A stretch of DNA of 64,000 nucleotides from the NCBI GenBank assembly GCA_001643675.2, contig LSRY02000015.1, forward strand, positions 248,001 through 312,000, in the 5' to 3' direction. Each line of letters begins with the position of its first letter. Positions within the stretch are counted from its first letter, which is position 1. The position numbers and the translations under genes are program-made. Positions 36,162 through 47,529 of the stretch are shown piece after piece. The notes under the pieces were generated by a model. The model saw only the letters and a list, made by a program, of their open reading frames with translations. It made no database searches and had not been told where the DNA came from. This DNA comes from Monocercomonoides exilis PA203 (taxonomy: Eukaryota > Protista > Preaxostyla).

Positions 36162-37891
36162 ATGGACCGCAGAAATGAAAAAGAAAAAAACTCTGTAATG
36201 TGCATCGAAACGGTACATTGCGGCCCGTTGAATTTAACAATGTTTTTGATTATCATATCACTAATTACAATTGTATCGAGTTATTATTCAACATTTGTAT
36301 TTATTTGTTCTTTCCAATTTAAATATTTTAGGTTGTAAGCTGCCTATCACTTCTTCTTCCTGGCCATTATGTTTATCGAGTTGAATCTACAATGGGTTGT
36401 CCAGAAAATGTTACAGATTTTGACAGTAAGATTTGCACTGGCATCGACGTAATGCACTATCCTTACCAGCGTTTAAGCAAAGTCCCCGATGAAAAAGAAG
36501 TAAAATACAATCTTGTTGCATTTCTTCGCCCACATAGCAAATATCAACAAATTGGAGTAAATTTTCAAGCTCAGTTTTGGCTTAATACATCTCTTGAAGA
36601 CGGAACGAGATCAAGTGACAAAGTCAATGCGCGTTTTTACTGTAATCCAGGTGGCTTTTGCAATCAAGTTTGAATGAGTTATATTTGTTTCTTTCCAGTT
36701 TTGTCAACAAAATGAATAAATTGATTTTAATAGGTATCTCTTCTGCAATTCCATCAAAAGAAATATCATTTCGATCTATCTATTGCGAATATTACGCAAG
36801 CAGATGCAGCACAAAAATGGATTGGAGACTTAGATATCATTTGGAAATATGATAATATAAAACATGAAGGAGGAGCAGTATGAGTGAAACATTTGGCAAT
36901 TTGTAGTTTTAATTGATTTAACCTTTTATTTTTTTTAATTGCTTTTTCTTCTTCTTAAACCAACTGCTTTCAGACAATCTTCCGCTACGTTGGTCTTCTC
37001 GTTACGATTGTTCTACTTATTGTCTTCTGGGTGCAAGCCGGGCGCCAGGAGAACTCCATGTCCGGGGAGCAGCACTGGGTGATGTACCTGCTGATATTCC
37101 TCATCCTACTGGACAATCCGGTCTATGCCTTCACGCTCTTCTACCGCGGCGGCGTCTTCTCAATCATCAACGACGTGCTCGACACCATCGGCGTGTGCTT
37201 CATGATGCTCTACCCGCTCGTCGCGCTGGGAGGCTTCATCACGTCGAAGATGAGCTGCTGTGGCTTCTACCTCCCGCGCTGCGTGCTCATCCTGCTCTAC
37301 GGCGTGTTCCGCCTCATCGTCCAGATCTTCCTGTCTGTGCAGTCTCTTCTCGACCCGATGTCCACCCTGAACGACGTGCCTGGCTTCCGCGTGTTCAACA
37401 TCCTGTCCAGCGTCATCTACGCCATCTGGCTCATCTGGCTGCTCTACTGCATCATCCGCGTGTTCGTCGTCGCCAAGCAGCACCCGCGCGCCATCAAAGG
37501 AAGATACCGCGCCGTCATCCTGTTCATCGTGCTCTTCAACCTCGCCTTCCACGGGCTTGTGGCAGCTGAGTCGCTCAGAGGGGCAGATCAAACAGGCGCA
37601 CACGGAGTGGCAAAGATGTGGGTGGCGAACTGCTTCGGGTGGATGATGTGCCTCTTCTTCTTGCCATCGAAGCAGCAGCGCATGACCAGCACAAGCATCT
37701 CTGGAGCGTTGCACCCGAAGACGAAGAGCGTCCGTGCGCCAGAAGCAGAAGAGGAGGCAGGGAGTGCGCAGGACGAGGCAGCAGAGCACGGCCACGTGCA
37801 GCGCCTGTCTGGATCGGAGGGTGATGAAGAGTACGATGTTGACCTGGAGCCTGGGTTTACTGGGGACATCTCGAAAGACAGGGGAATCTAA
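36162..37891 (+). CDS. TMEM181/Wntless-like multi-pass membrane protein
   Basis: N-terminal TM, luminal domain and about 7 TMs. EQHWVMYLLIFLILLDNP resembles the TMEM181 EQKW..LL....NDP motif. Several introns. Confidence 0.65.
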
Positions 37892-38633
37892 GCAGTATTA
37901 TTAAGCGAATTGATATAAGCAAAAGGGGAAAAGATAATTATATCATATTCTTTCTTTCAGTGATGTATCGAATAAATATTAGAATTTCGTACTCTTTCTG
38001 ACTCAGTTTTTATTTGTTTGCCATGTTTATTTTTTTAAAGTTTGTTGTTGTTGGAGATGTCGTTTTCATTTTCATTAAGGTTAGGCAATTCTTTTTTCTG
38101 CTTCATTTTGAGTACTCAATCGTTTTATATAAGCAGCTCTTTCATCTTCTCTCTTCCTCTTCCTCTTCCTCTTCCTCTTCCTTATTTTCTTTTTCTTTTT
38201 TTATCTTTCTTTTTCTTTTTAACCTGATCCGAGCAGCCCTGTTCTGTTTTTGGGTATTCTATTTTCTTTCTTTCTTTCTTTCTTTCTTCTTCTTCTTTGA
38301 AGTTCTTCTTTTATAATAACTTTCTTTTCATTATTGTTGCTGAATCTGCTTCATTTTCTATTTCTTTTTGCTTCTCTTCTTTTTCATTGAGTTTTCGTCT
38401 TTCGATTCTTTGCATTGTGAGCAAAACCTCCCTCCCTTTGCAAGCAACTTTATTTTTAATTTTTTAATTTCAGTCTTCTCATCTTTTCTCTTTTTTTCTG
38501 CATTTTGCTATCTTCAAATGTTTTTTGTGTGCACATTTCAAGCAAGAAGACAAGCTGACTACTTTTCAATCCATCCTTCAGGAATTTATCCAGTTCTTAT
38601 ATTTTTTTGAAAAAAAAAATACACTTTAAGCAA

Positions 38634-38637
<4 letters not shown>

Positions 38638-38667
<30 letters not shown>
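38638..38667. repeat. (GA)n microsatellite
   Basis: Tandem ga units between convergent genes. Confidence 0.9.
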
Positions 38668-38670
<3 letters not shown>

Positions 38671-38799
38671 AGAGAATATTTTTATTTTAACTATTTCAAA
38701 ACTTTACTTGAAAAAAAAAATCTATAAAAAAACGTATTCCCACATTATTATTATCGTAATCATCATCATCACCACCACCAACCACAAGCACCTTTCCCT

Positions 38800-40548
38800 C
38801 TAATCCAAGTCAAACGAGACCGCCAGATCAATCGGCAGCGGGCGGAGGAGGTCGAGGTAGTGCTGTGCGTAGTCCGGGAGGTCTGTGCCGTACTCCTTCA
38901 GCAGCCTCTCCGCGCGGTCTCTGTCTCCCTCCACTTTGATCTCCAGCAGCTCCTTCCCCAACAGCCAGAACGCCTCGTCGCACTTCGCAAAGTCCACCTC
39001 AAACCCGCTCGGCCCGGGCTTCGCTGCCCCGTGCGCTATCAGCCAGTTCAGCTGGATGATGCACCCTTTCGCATGCGCACTTTCGTGGCCAAAGCGGATC
39101 GACCGGAACATCGACGCCAGCGACGTCACATGTATCGACTTCAGCTCTTCCTCAGTGATAAGCTTCTGCCTCTCCTTGCTGTTTTCTTCTTTCTTTGCTT
39201 CTCCTTCTCCTTCTTTGCAGCCATCTGAACGGTACAGCCGCCCATCGACTATGCACTTGGCAAAGATGGAGCTGAGCACGTCTGCTTTGCATTCTTCGAT
39301 GGTGCTGTACAAATCTTGCAGCGCCGACTTGATTGTTGTGACTCCGTCGTTGCGCACAAACGACGGACCGAGTGTGTGCGACAGCTCGTGCATCAGCACA
39401 TGCATGAAGAACCCGTCGTAGCTCACATACTTCCTGAACGCTTCCCCAATCACAACATTCGAGATTGGCACAAGTATCTTCTCCGCCTTCGTTTGGAGGA
39501 TGTTCAGATAAAACTGGTTTCGGTTCCCGAAGCGCGACGTAATCCTTTCGTCGTTCGGCAGATTGTGGGCAACCACGTATGTCGGCGCAGCTGCATCTCC
39601 CCCCAAATAAACCACGTTGTACAACTCAATTCTTGTCTCCGGCTCTGAACTTCCAGAAGAAGCTGAAGATGACGCTCCTGCTAATGGCCCGTCCACCCTT
39701 TTCTCCCGAAGGTATTCTTCCTTCAAAGGAATGTTTCTCTCCATCTTGTTCATCAGCTTCTTGAATTCTTCTAATTTTTGCATTTCATTGTCAGCCCTAA
39801 CGAATACGATACTTTGATATGATCCTTTCATCCCTTCAATTTGATCTTCATATGTTTCAATTGGTCCAATCACTAAATCAACAGGACATTTTGATGGGAG
39901 TCTCATCCATTCAATGTCAGTATCATATAAGTTTGTATTTGTTCGTAAAGCGTGTGATCTTGCTTCTATGAAATGACTAAATTCGGGTTCTGTTATTCGG
40001 AGAATTTCAGCTGCTTTATCCAGATGGTTGCACAACGGAGTTACCCATCGTTCATAACGTTCAGAAAATTTTATTGCTTTGAAATCATTTTCCCCATCAC
40101 GCTCAACAACTGTGTCAATTGCAAGGATATCTTCTTTTCTTTCTGGATGTGCAGCAACATATTTATCAATATCCTCTTTGGTCGTTCCTTTTGGATAAAA
40201 TCCAGCTTCGGGAGGAATTGTACCAGTTTCTCCGGGAAGGAAATTAACTCCATCTGGCTTTCCATACGGTCCTGCAAATAAATGCAAAAGATGAAGTCGT
40301 CTTTCGAGAAGCTTTTGTTGAGTTTCGTTTCCACTTTTTTTCGATTCTTGAAGTTCTTTTTCAACCTTTTCGATTGCGCCAACACCATCATGGCTTACCT
40401 GTTCCAAGAAAATATTATTTGCATATTTGCTAGCTTCAATCATTTCAAAAATTGCACTTTGCATTTCCTTTCCCAAATGGGAAATGAGTTTTTTTGAATG
40501 TATAGTGACCGGCACAAATCTTTGTATCAATTCCGATTCTTTGTCCAT
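38800..40548 (-). CDS. Peptidase M49 (dipeptidyl peptidase III), HEXXH type
   Basis: GPIETYED, AHNLPNDER, MHELSHTLGP, IEECKAD, FRSIRFG..AH. Intronless ORF from ATG 40548. Confidence 0.9.
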   Translation of the reverse strand: MDKESELIQRFVPVTIHSKKLISHLGKEMQSAIFEMIEASKYANNIFLEQVSHDGVGAIEKVEKELQESKKSGNETQQKLLERRLHLLHLFAGPYGKPDGVNFLPGETGTIPPEAGFYPKGTTKEDIDKYVAAHPERKEDILAIDTVVERDGENDFKAIKFSERYERWVTPLCNHLDKAAEILRITEPEFSHFIEARSHALRTNTNLYDTDIEWMRLPSKCPVDLVIGPIETYEDQIEGMKGSYQSIVFVRADNEMQKLEEFKKLMNKMERNIPLKEEYLREKRVDGPLAGASSSASSGSSEPETRIELYNVVYLGGDAAAPTYVVAHNLPNDERITSRFGNRNQFYLNILQTKAEKILVPISNVVIGEAFRKYVSYDGFFMHVLMHELSHTLGPSFVRNDGVTTIKSALQDLYSTIEECKADVLSSIFAKCIVDGRLYRSDGCKEGEGEAKKEENSKERQKLITEEELKSIHVTSLASMFRSIRFGHESAHAKGCIIQLNWLIAHGAAKPGPSGFEVDFAKCDEAFWLLGKELLEIKVEGDRDRAERLLKEYGTDLPDYAQHYLDLLRPLPIDLAVSFDLD

Positions 40549-40639
40549 TTGAAAGAGATGTAATATTTTGATCAATGCATATTTTTATTTTTATTAACAA
40601 TGAAATGAAATGAAATGAAATAATTGTTTATTATTATTA

Positions 40640-41916
40640 TTAATGTCTTCCCTTTCCTCCACGTGCTCCTTTTCCGCCTTTTCTAAATGACTTTCCACCC
40701 TTTCCTCTCCCTCCTTGAAACTTCTTTCCGCCTCCTCCTCTTTTCTTGCCTCCAAACCCTCCTCTACCTCCTCCTCTACCTTTTCCTTTCCTACTTCCGC
40801 TTTTTCCTCTTCTATTTCCTCCTTCATCTTCATCATCACTGCCTTCGCTATCGTCATCACTCGTCTTCATTCTCTTTGTACCAAATACATTATCTTTACC
40901 AATTCTTCCTACTAATCTCGCCGCTTTTGATGCATTTAAGCTTCCTTCTCCTGATAAAACGGCTCTGGCAATCATTGCGTCTCTCTCTCTCTCCGCTTCA
41001 TTCCATTCTCTACCTGACTTGAATCCCTCTCCTAATCTTTCTCCATTTCCATCCTTTCCTCTCTTCCCCAAAGAGTGCTGCGCAATAATCATCATCTTTT
41101 TCACGGCATCCTTGCTTCCTTTTAGTGAAGGTGTTAAAGCCGTTCCTTGCTTTATGTGCTTTTCAGCATCAAAAACTGCGGATGTGTATGAAACAGAAGC
41201 TGGAATACCTCCTAAAACTTCTTTCGTTGATGTTGGAAATTCGTGTAGTCTGCGCCTCTCTGTCGTGGAAGATGAAGAAGATTGCTTAAAAGCATTTTCA
41301 ATATTCTTTTCTTCTCGTTTTGACTGCTTTTGCCTTGCTTCCCGTTTAAGTTTTTCTCTTTCTTCGAATACATCGACTCCAAATTTCAATTTCTCTCCGG
41401 GTTGGTGTTCAATAATGATATCTTCTTTTTTGATATCCTTTTGCTTTTTCCTCATTCCCCATTTTGGCAGCCATTCTTGTGTTTCGTCATCAAATAATAA
41501 TCGATCTTTTGATCTTCCTTTTGCAAATTTGCCAATTCCTTTCTTTTGTGCAAATTTTTCCCAAACTGTTGGTTCAGGCTTGATTGGCAGCTGCAATATA
41601 TTTAATCATTAAAAAAAAGAAATATAAATATTAAATTATACTGGTTTTTCGCGTGGGAGTGGTGTAACAGGCTTTGGCAATTCAACAATTAGATTCTCTT
41701 GATCATCTCTATGTGATGGGAGTTTCATCAATTGCTCAATTAGTATTTGTACATTTCTTTTTGCATGCTCAAGAAAATACTCTTCAATTCCGCCTCTATA
41801 ATAAAAATACATAAAAGTCGTTGCAAAGAAATTTAAAGTACACACTTTAAATCTTCTATATCTATTGGTTGAGTGTCAAACACCGATATAAGTCCAAGAT
41901 CAGCTGATAAAGACAT
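40640..41916 (-). CDS. RRS1: Ribosome biogenesis regulatory protein RRS1
   Basis: DLGL..FD; LPKPVTPLPREKP|LP..PTVWEKFAQKKGI..LLFDDETQEWLPKWG; RGG-rich tail; two introns. Confidence 0.9.
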
Positions 41917-44610
41917 GAAATTTTCAGACTTTAGGTTTAGATCATATTTTCTTCATTTATAGAAACAAACACCGAAATAAATACTTATCTCTTGTTGTAT
42001 AATTTTGTATAGATTTTAAAAGAAATAATATTAAAAAATTTTATTTAAAAATACATATTCTTCGTCAATTTAGAAAAACTGTGTTAATTTTTGTATTTTA
42101 ACAAAAAATAAAAAAAATAATAAAACAAAAATTCGAGCAAAATATGTTACGGATGAATTGAAGTATTTGCGATTTATATTTATTTGTTTTCTATTTATTT
42201 TTTATTTTTATTTTATTTTATTTTTTTTTTAATTTGAAATTTTTCAAAACTAAATTATGTTATGAGTCAAACAAATTATTTTTGCATTGTTCAAAAAAAA
42301 GGAAGAAAGTATGTATATGAAACGAAATTTTTTGCTCCATGAATTTTGTTCCACACTGTTCTTTCAGATTTTTCTCGACTTTTTCATATTACAATGTTTA
42401 ATGTTGTACAGTTATGTCAGAGTTATAATCATTCAATTGAAGAAAAAGTATGGAACAAATCATTAAGTTTTTCATGAAATGAAAGAATTCTGTCCTTGTT
42501 GCCCTTAAACAACAACAAACAAAAAACTATTGGCAAGACTGACAGATGACTTTTATCTAGAAAAAATTCTCCTTTTGAAACAATTATAGAAATATTTATT
42601 TCAATTTTTAAAAAGATTGACCACGAATCTTTGTTTTAAGTTCATTCAACAATAACAGTGAAAGATTGCATCGAGCTTTGAATAACTTTTTGTGTAAAAA
42701 TGTGAATATTTTTGAAAACACGTTTTATTTGACCAAAAGTTCAGAAAAACAAGTAGTTTCGTATGTCTATTTTTGAACTCAGAAATGTGACTTTTCCTAT
42801 TTAACAACAGCTCTTTCTTTCATTTAGATCAATCATTGGCTAATGAGACAATTGTGTTGAATTTCACATTTCCACGATTGATTTATTTTCTATAACAATA
42901 AATTTTCCTCATTGTCTCCACACAGAAAAAAGCTATGATCAAAAAAATAATCACACATATTTTCAATCAAAATATTTGAATCAAAAGATTTGTTTTAAAA
43001 AAAAACCCTTGAAAATGAACCAAAAAATAAAGTCTATTAACATAAAGAGTTCACAAACATTTTTTTGTGACAAATATTTGTTATTATGAAAACTTCAACA
43101 CGTTGGAATTTAAATACGAATAATCTTTTGTCAGAAAGATAATGAGGCAATTATCCATCCATTGAAAAAACATGTTAATTCAACAATTTTGACCAACATA
43201 AATTCACACTAAAAAAACTTGAAAGTGATAAACATATTAAAATAGAATTAATTAATTTTTTTTGGTTCAACAAATAATAAAGAAAATACACTTTTTTCTA
43301 TTGGACTTAAATTTTATTTTGTTCATAATCTTATTTTTTCTTTCTCCAACAAATATTTTGTGAAAATCAAAAACACTATTTAATGAACAACAACATTAAT
43401 ATTTCTTTTGAAATTTCACATTTATAAAATGAACGATAGGTTTCAATACTTTATTCTGTGATAAAAAATGATAGAAAATGAATGAAAAAATCAAAGATTA
43501 TATTTTTTTATGAGAAAAATGTTACTGAATGTACATGAAATAATGAGATGGAAGATCTTATCCGATTTTGACCATATTCGGAGCAAATGAGAACAATTTC
43601 AACATCTTCAATCGATTTTCATTTGTTGTTTCTATTCGAGATGAAACAACATTCCTTTTATTTATGATGTTTCAAAAAAAATTCTTCGTTTTTTTCTCAA
43701 TATATATATATCAGTTTCATAATTAGCTAGCAAACATTAAAACGTGTTGCATTTCTGTTATTGTTTATCTTTATTCAACTCAACAAAAAGTTCTGATTCA
43801 TATTTATAAAAAAAATGTCAATGCTTAGCTCATTTTGGATAATATCGTACGAAGGAAAAATGTGGTTTTTCGTCCATTTTTCAGTTCATAGTTTAAAAAT
43901 TTTTCATAGAAATAAAATATTTAAAGATATAACAATGCAGCCACATAATCATTTCTGATCTTGAGATATTTTTGTAAATCGAAACTGAAATTCAGAAAAT
44001 ACTTAAAGTTTTTATTTGTTCCCAATATGTTTCACCAAAGAAATCCTTCAAAGCAACTTTGAAATTTTTTTGTTAACAAACAAAATTTTTTATTAACGAA
44101 GATTTGTTTCATTCTGTAGCTCAAAAATCATTTCTTCAAATTCAAAAAGCTCATTCTATTGGTTTCATGAAACATGAAACAGCATAATTCATCGATTTGT
44201 GAAATCTTGGACAATAGAAACCATTTTTTTTTTGAAAAAAGAATTTAAAATGAAATGGTTATTATTCAATATAAAAATTATTTTTGGAAATATTTCTGAA
44301 CAAGAATCAAAAAGAAAGAAAGAAAGTTAGAAAAGAATGGAAAAGATAAAACAAAACTTTAAACACTTTCGATATTGTTTCAAAAGAATAGTATTCTTAA
44401 TCAATTGAATACCTTTTGTATGTATTTTGATTAATTGAATGAATATTGTGATAACCATTGTTAAATTTGTTTTTGCTTTTATGATTATTAAAGAAAGACT
44501 TTTTTATAAAAATCAAATTCCAATCATAATTCCTGTTTATTCAATGAGATTTGTGAAATGAACCACTTCGATTCAAATTCAATTCATTCATCTTTCAATT
44601 GCAATTATAA

Positions 44611-45219
44611 CACCAAAAAAATTCAAAATTGAAAAATTTTCAAGCAAAGTCGAAAGTTCGAAAAACTTCAAATTTTCAAAAAGTTGACAACAATCATCAA
44701 AAGTTAAAAAAACATTGTTTTTGTTAAAATATCAATGACATTTGTTGTTTTTATGATTTTTCATCTTTTTTCTGATATTTTTCTTTGCTTTCTTTTGTTC
44801 AATTTAAAAATTTTAAAATATGAGATAAATACTGATACATTTTAATCTTATTTCAATTGAAATAACACTGCTTTTCAAAAGATTTGCAGAAAAATATAAT
44901 TTAAATTTTTTCATAATTAATGAAGAATGATGAACGCAATATTGGATCTCTTATTTCGCATCTTTTTAATCAAAAAACTCATTTCTTGTGGAAAGAAATA
45001 AATGTTTTTACTCTCCTACAAGTATATGATTGAGTTTATTTTGGTTCGAAATTTTCAATATTTGCAGAAAACAACAACACAAACATTGCTGATTATAATC
45101 ACAACAACAAAATAACAATATTTTTCGACAATTGAATTATCATAATATAACGTTTATTTTTTTTATGTTATAATTTCGATTTCGATTGAAAGTTTTTCGA
45201 TTTTGTATTATTTTTGGTG
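44611..45219. mobile_element. 609-bp MITE with CACC..GGTG termini and TAA TSD
   Basis: Imperfect ~33-bp TIR: caccaaaaaaattcaaaattgaaaaattttcaa and ttgaaagtttttcgattttgtattatttttggtg. TAA on both sides (44608-44610, 45220-45222). Absent from copy A near 2330-2345. Confidence 0.75.
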
Positions 45220-45315
45220 TAATTTGAAAATTTTAAAATTTTTAACATGTAATACATAAATTAATTACAAGCATCATCTTCAGTGCGGTCTTTTTCACGT
45301 TTTCTATTATGTGTT

Positions 45316-47316
45316 GAATCATAATTTTATTTTGACCTTTTTTAATCAAGACCTTTTTTTTTAATTAATCATTAACTTTACCCACAATTTCATATTTTTT
45401 AAGATTTAAAAGTATATATATGAATTCAACAGATAAAAACAAATACATTTTGAAACAAACCCAATTTCGCATGGGGGGGAGATGGGGGGTTCAGCCCCTT
45501 CATTGAACTCTGCGTAAAATTGGAGGGTCACATGTGGCATAAAACCATTTGTTTGTTAAAAATGTTATTTTTCGATTATTTTATCATTTCATTTCAATTA
45601 AAAAAATATTAAATTATTATGATGATAAAAATATTATTAAAAAATTGAAAATATCAACAGAAATAAAATTAAGAGAAGGTCAGAAAAAATTGCAGCGTGC
45701 AATGTCTTCACGCAAGTACAGGAATTATCACAGTTGGCTGGAGCGAATGGCTCACATCGTTGTTGATGGAGTTGTTCGTATAGCAGATGCTATAAATTTG
45801 AAGGAATTTATCCGAACAGGTATCAAAAATGCAGTTCGAGCGCTGAGAAAAGGAAGGCTGGTTGGTAAAATTGGCAGACCTGCAGCAGGAGTTGGTGAAA
45901 AGGAAAAAAGAGTTTTAGACATCATTCACTTTGAAGCAAAGTCTGGCACATGTTTAACTTTAAAAAAACAAGAGAATTGGTCTGTTTTTATTTTATTTAT
46001 ATCCTTTAATCAGTTGCTTTTCAGAAAGAAAATGTAATAAACGACAACGATGATGAAGACTCATTATTTCCGAAGTTTCAATGTCTGCTTCGAACGGCTT
46101 TGTCAAGTGTCATCCGGAGCTGAAGACAAAAACGCCTAAGAATTTGGACATCAACAGACTGGCTGTTTCGTGCAGAAGTGTTTATAAACCCTGGTATAAA
46201 ACACTCGACGAGCTGCACGAAAAATACCACAACAATCCAGCTTTTATTTTAAATATCGACGAATCTTCAACGTGCGTTCCCACAGATTCAAAACAGCTTG
46301 TTGTGCATACAGCAGACACAAAAGCAGATTATACGAAAGAACCACCAAGAATGATAAATTCTGCATTCGTGGCAGCTGTTGCAGCGGATGGATATGCCTT
46401 ACCTTCTCTTATTCAATGGCCAAGTGTCAACCTTCCAGAGGAGCTGAAAAGCCTTTTATCTCCAACGCTTGAGATATGGGTAAATGGAAGCGGCTTGATG
46501 GAAAACGAGCGCTTCAAAAGGTGTGCTCTCACAGTTCTTCTACCTTCCATCATCGAAAGAAGAAAGCGCATGTCACTTGAAAACGAACACATTCTTCTCC
46601 TTCTTGATTCGCATGCATCTCGCGCAGATCCATCGATCTGGTGAGAATTCCAAAAGCAACAAGTCGACGTTTTAACCGTCGTGCCACACAGCACACACCT
46701 CTGTCAACCACTAAACAGAGAAGTGTTTGCTGTGTTCAAATCTGAACTGACAAACAGATTTGAGGCTCCATCTTCTTCTTCATCTTCCTCTAAACGAGCT
46801 GCAATTTCCGACGTTCTGCCTCAAGCCATCCACACTGCATTATCTTTTGATGAAATACAGAAAGCTTTCGTCTGCAGTTGTGTTCTTCACAATTCTTCTG
46901 GGCCAGTTCTTTTGAAACTGCCCGAATCTTCGATTTACCCTCTTCCATCCCGAAGAAATAGATTCAACTTTTATGGAAAAGTGATAACCGACGAAAATCT
47001 TTCAGAGAAATGGGAAAATCATTTGAAAATGAATATTGAAAGGAAAAATGAAATGGATAAAAAGGAGAAAGATGAAGTGAAGACTGTTGTGGATGAAAAT
47101 AAAAAAAATAAAAAGAAAATTTCTCCACGTTAAAAACGATGATTCTGACGATGAAAAAAAAGATAATTCATTAAATCGAGGTGAAGGAAAAAGGAAACTT
47201 GTCAGAAGAATTAATTCTGATTTCATTTTCTTTTAATCATGTTGTTTTTTTGAATTTTTTCACTTCATTTTTTTGGGTCGGAATAAAGAAAAAGGGTCAG
47301 GATAAAATAATAACCC
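45316..47316 (+). mobile_element. Decayed pogo/Tigger-like (Tc1/mariner superfamily) DNA transposon, ~2.0 kb
   Basis: Degenerate TIRs: gaatcataattttattttgaccttt against the reverse complement of aaagggtcaggataaaataataaccc. TA follows at 47317-47318. Empty site tgtg-ta-ttgaaag in copy A at about 2422-2434. Confidence 0.8.
45549..47133 (+). pseudogene. DDE_1-type transposase pseudogene
   Basis: ILNIDESS, LLLLDSHASR and PHSTHLCQPLN (QPLD decayed). In-frame TGA at 46642-46644. Confidence 0.85.
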
Positions 47317-47529
47317 TATTGAAAGAAATGAATATTGTCAAATAATATTTTGTTACAAAAGAAAAATCCTTTTTTTTTTTCCATTCCAATATTTAGCACA
47401 AATTTAATCACTTTGTTAAATATTCATTTTCCACTTTCATTAAAAACAACCAATGAATTATAAGAAATATTGTCAAACCATTCAGATATCTTGTTTTATT
47501 CAACAAAAGTTATTTTCAAATGAATTATC

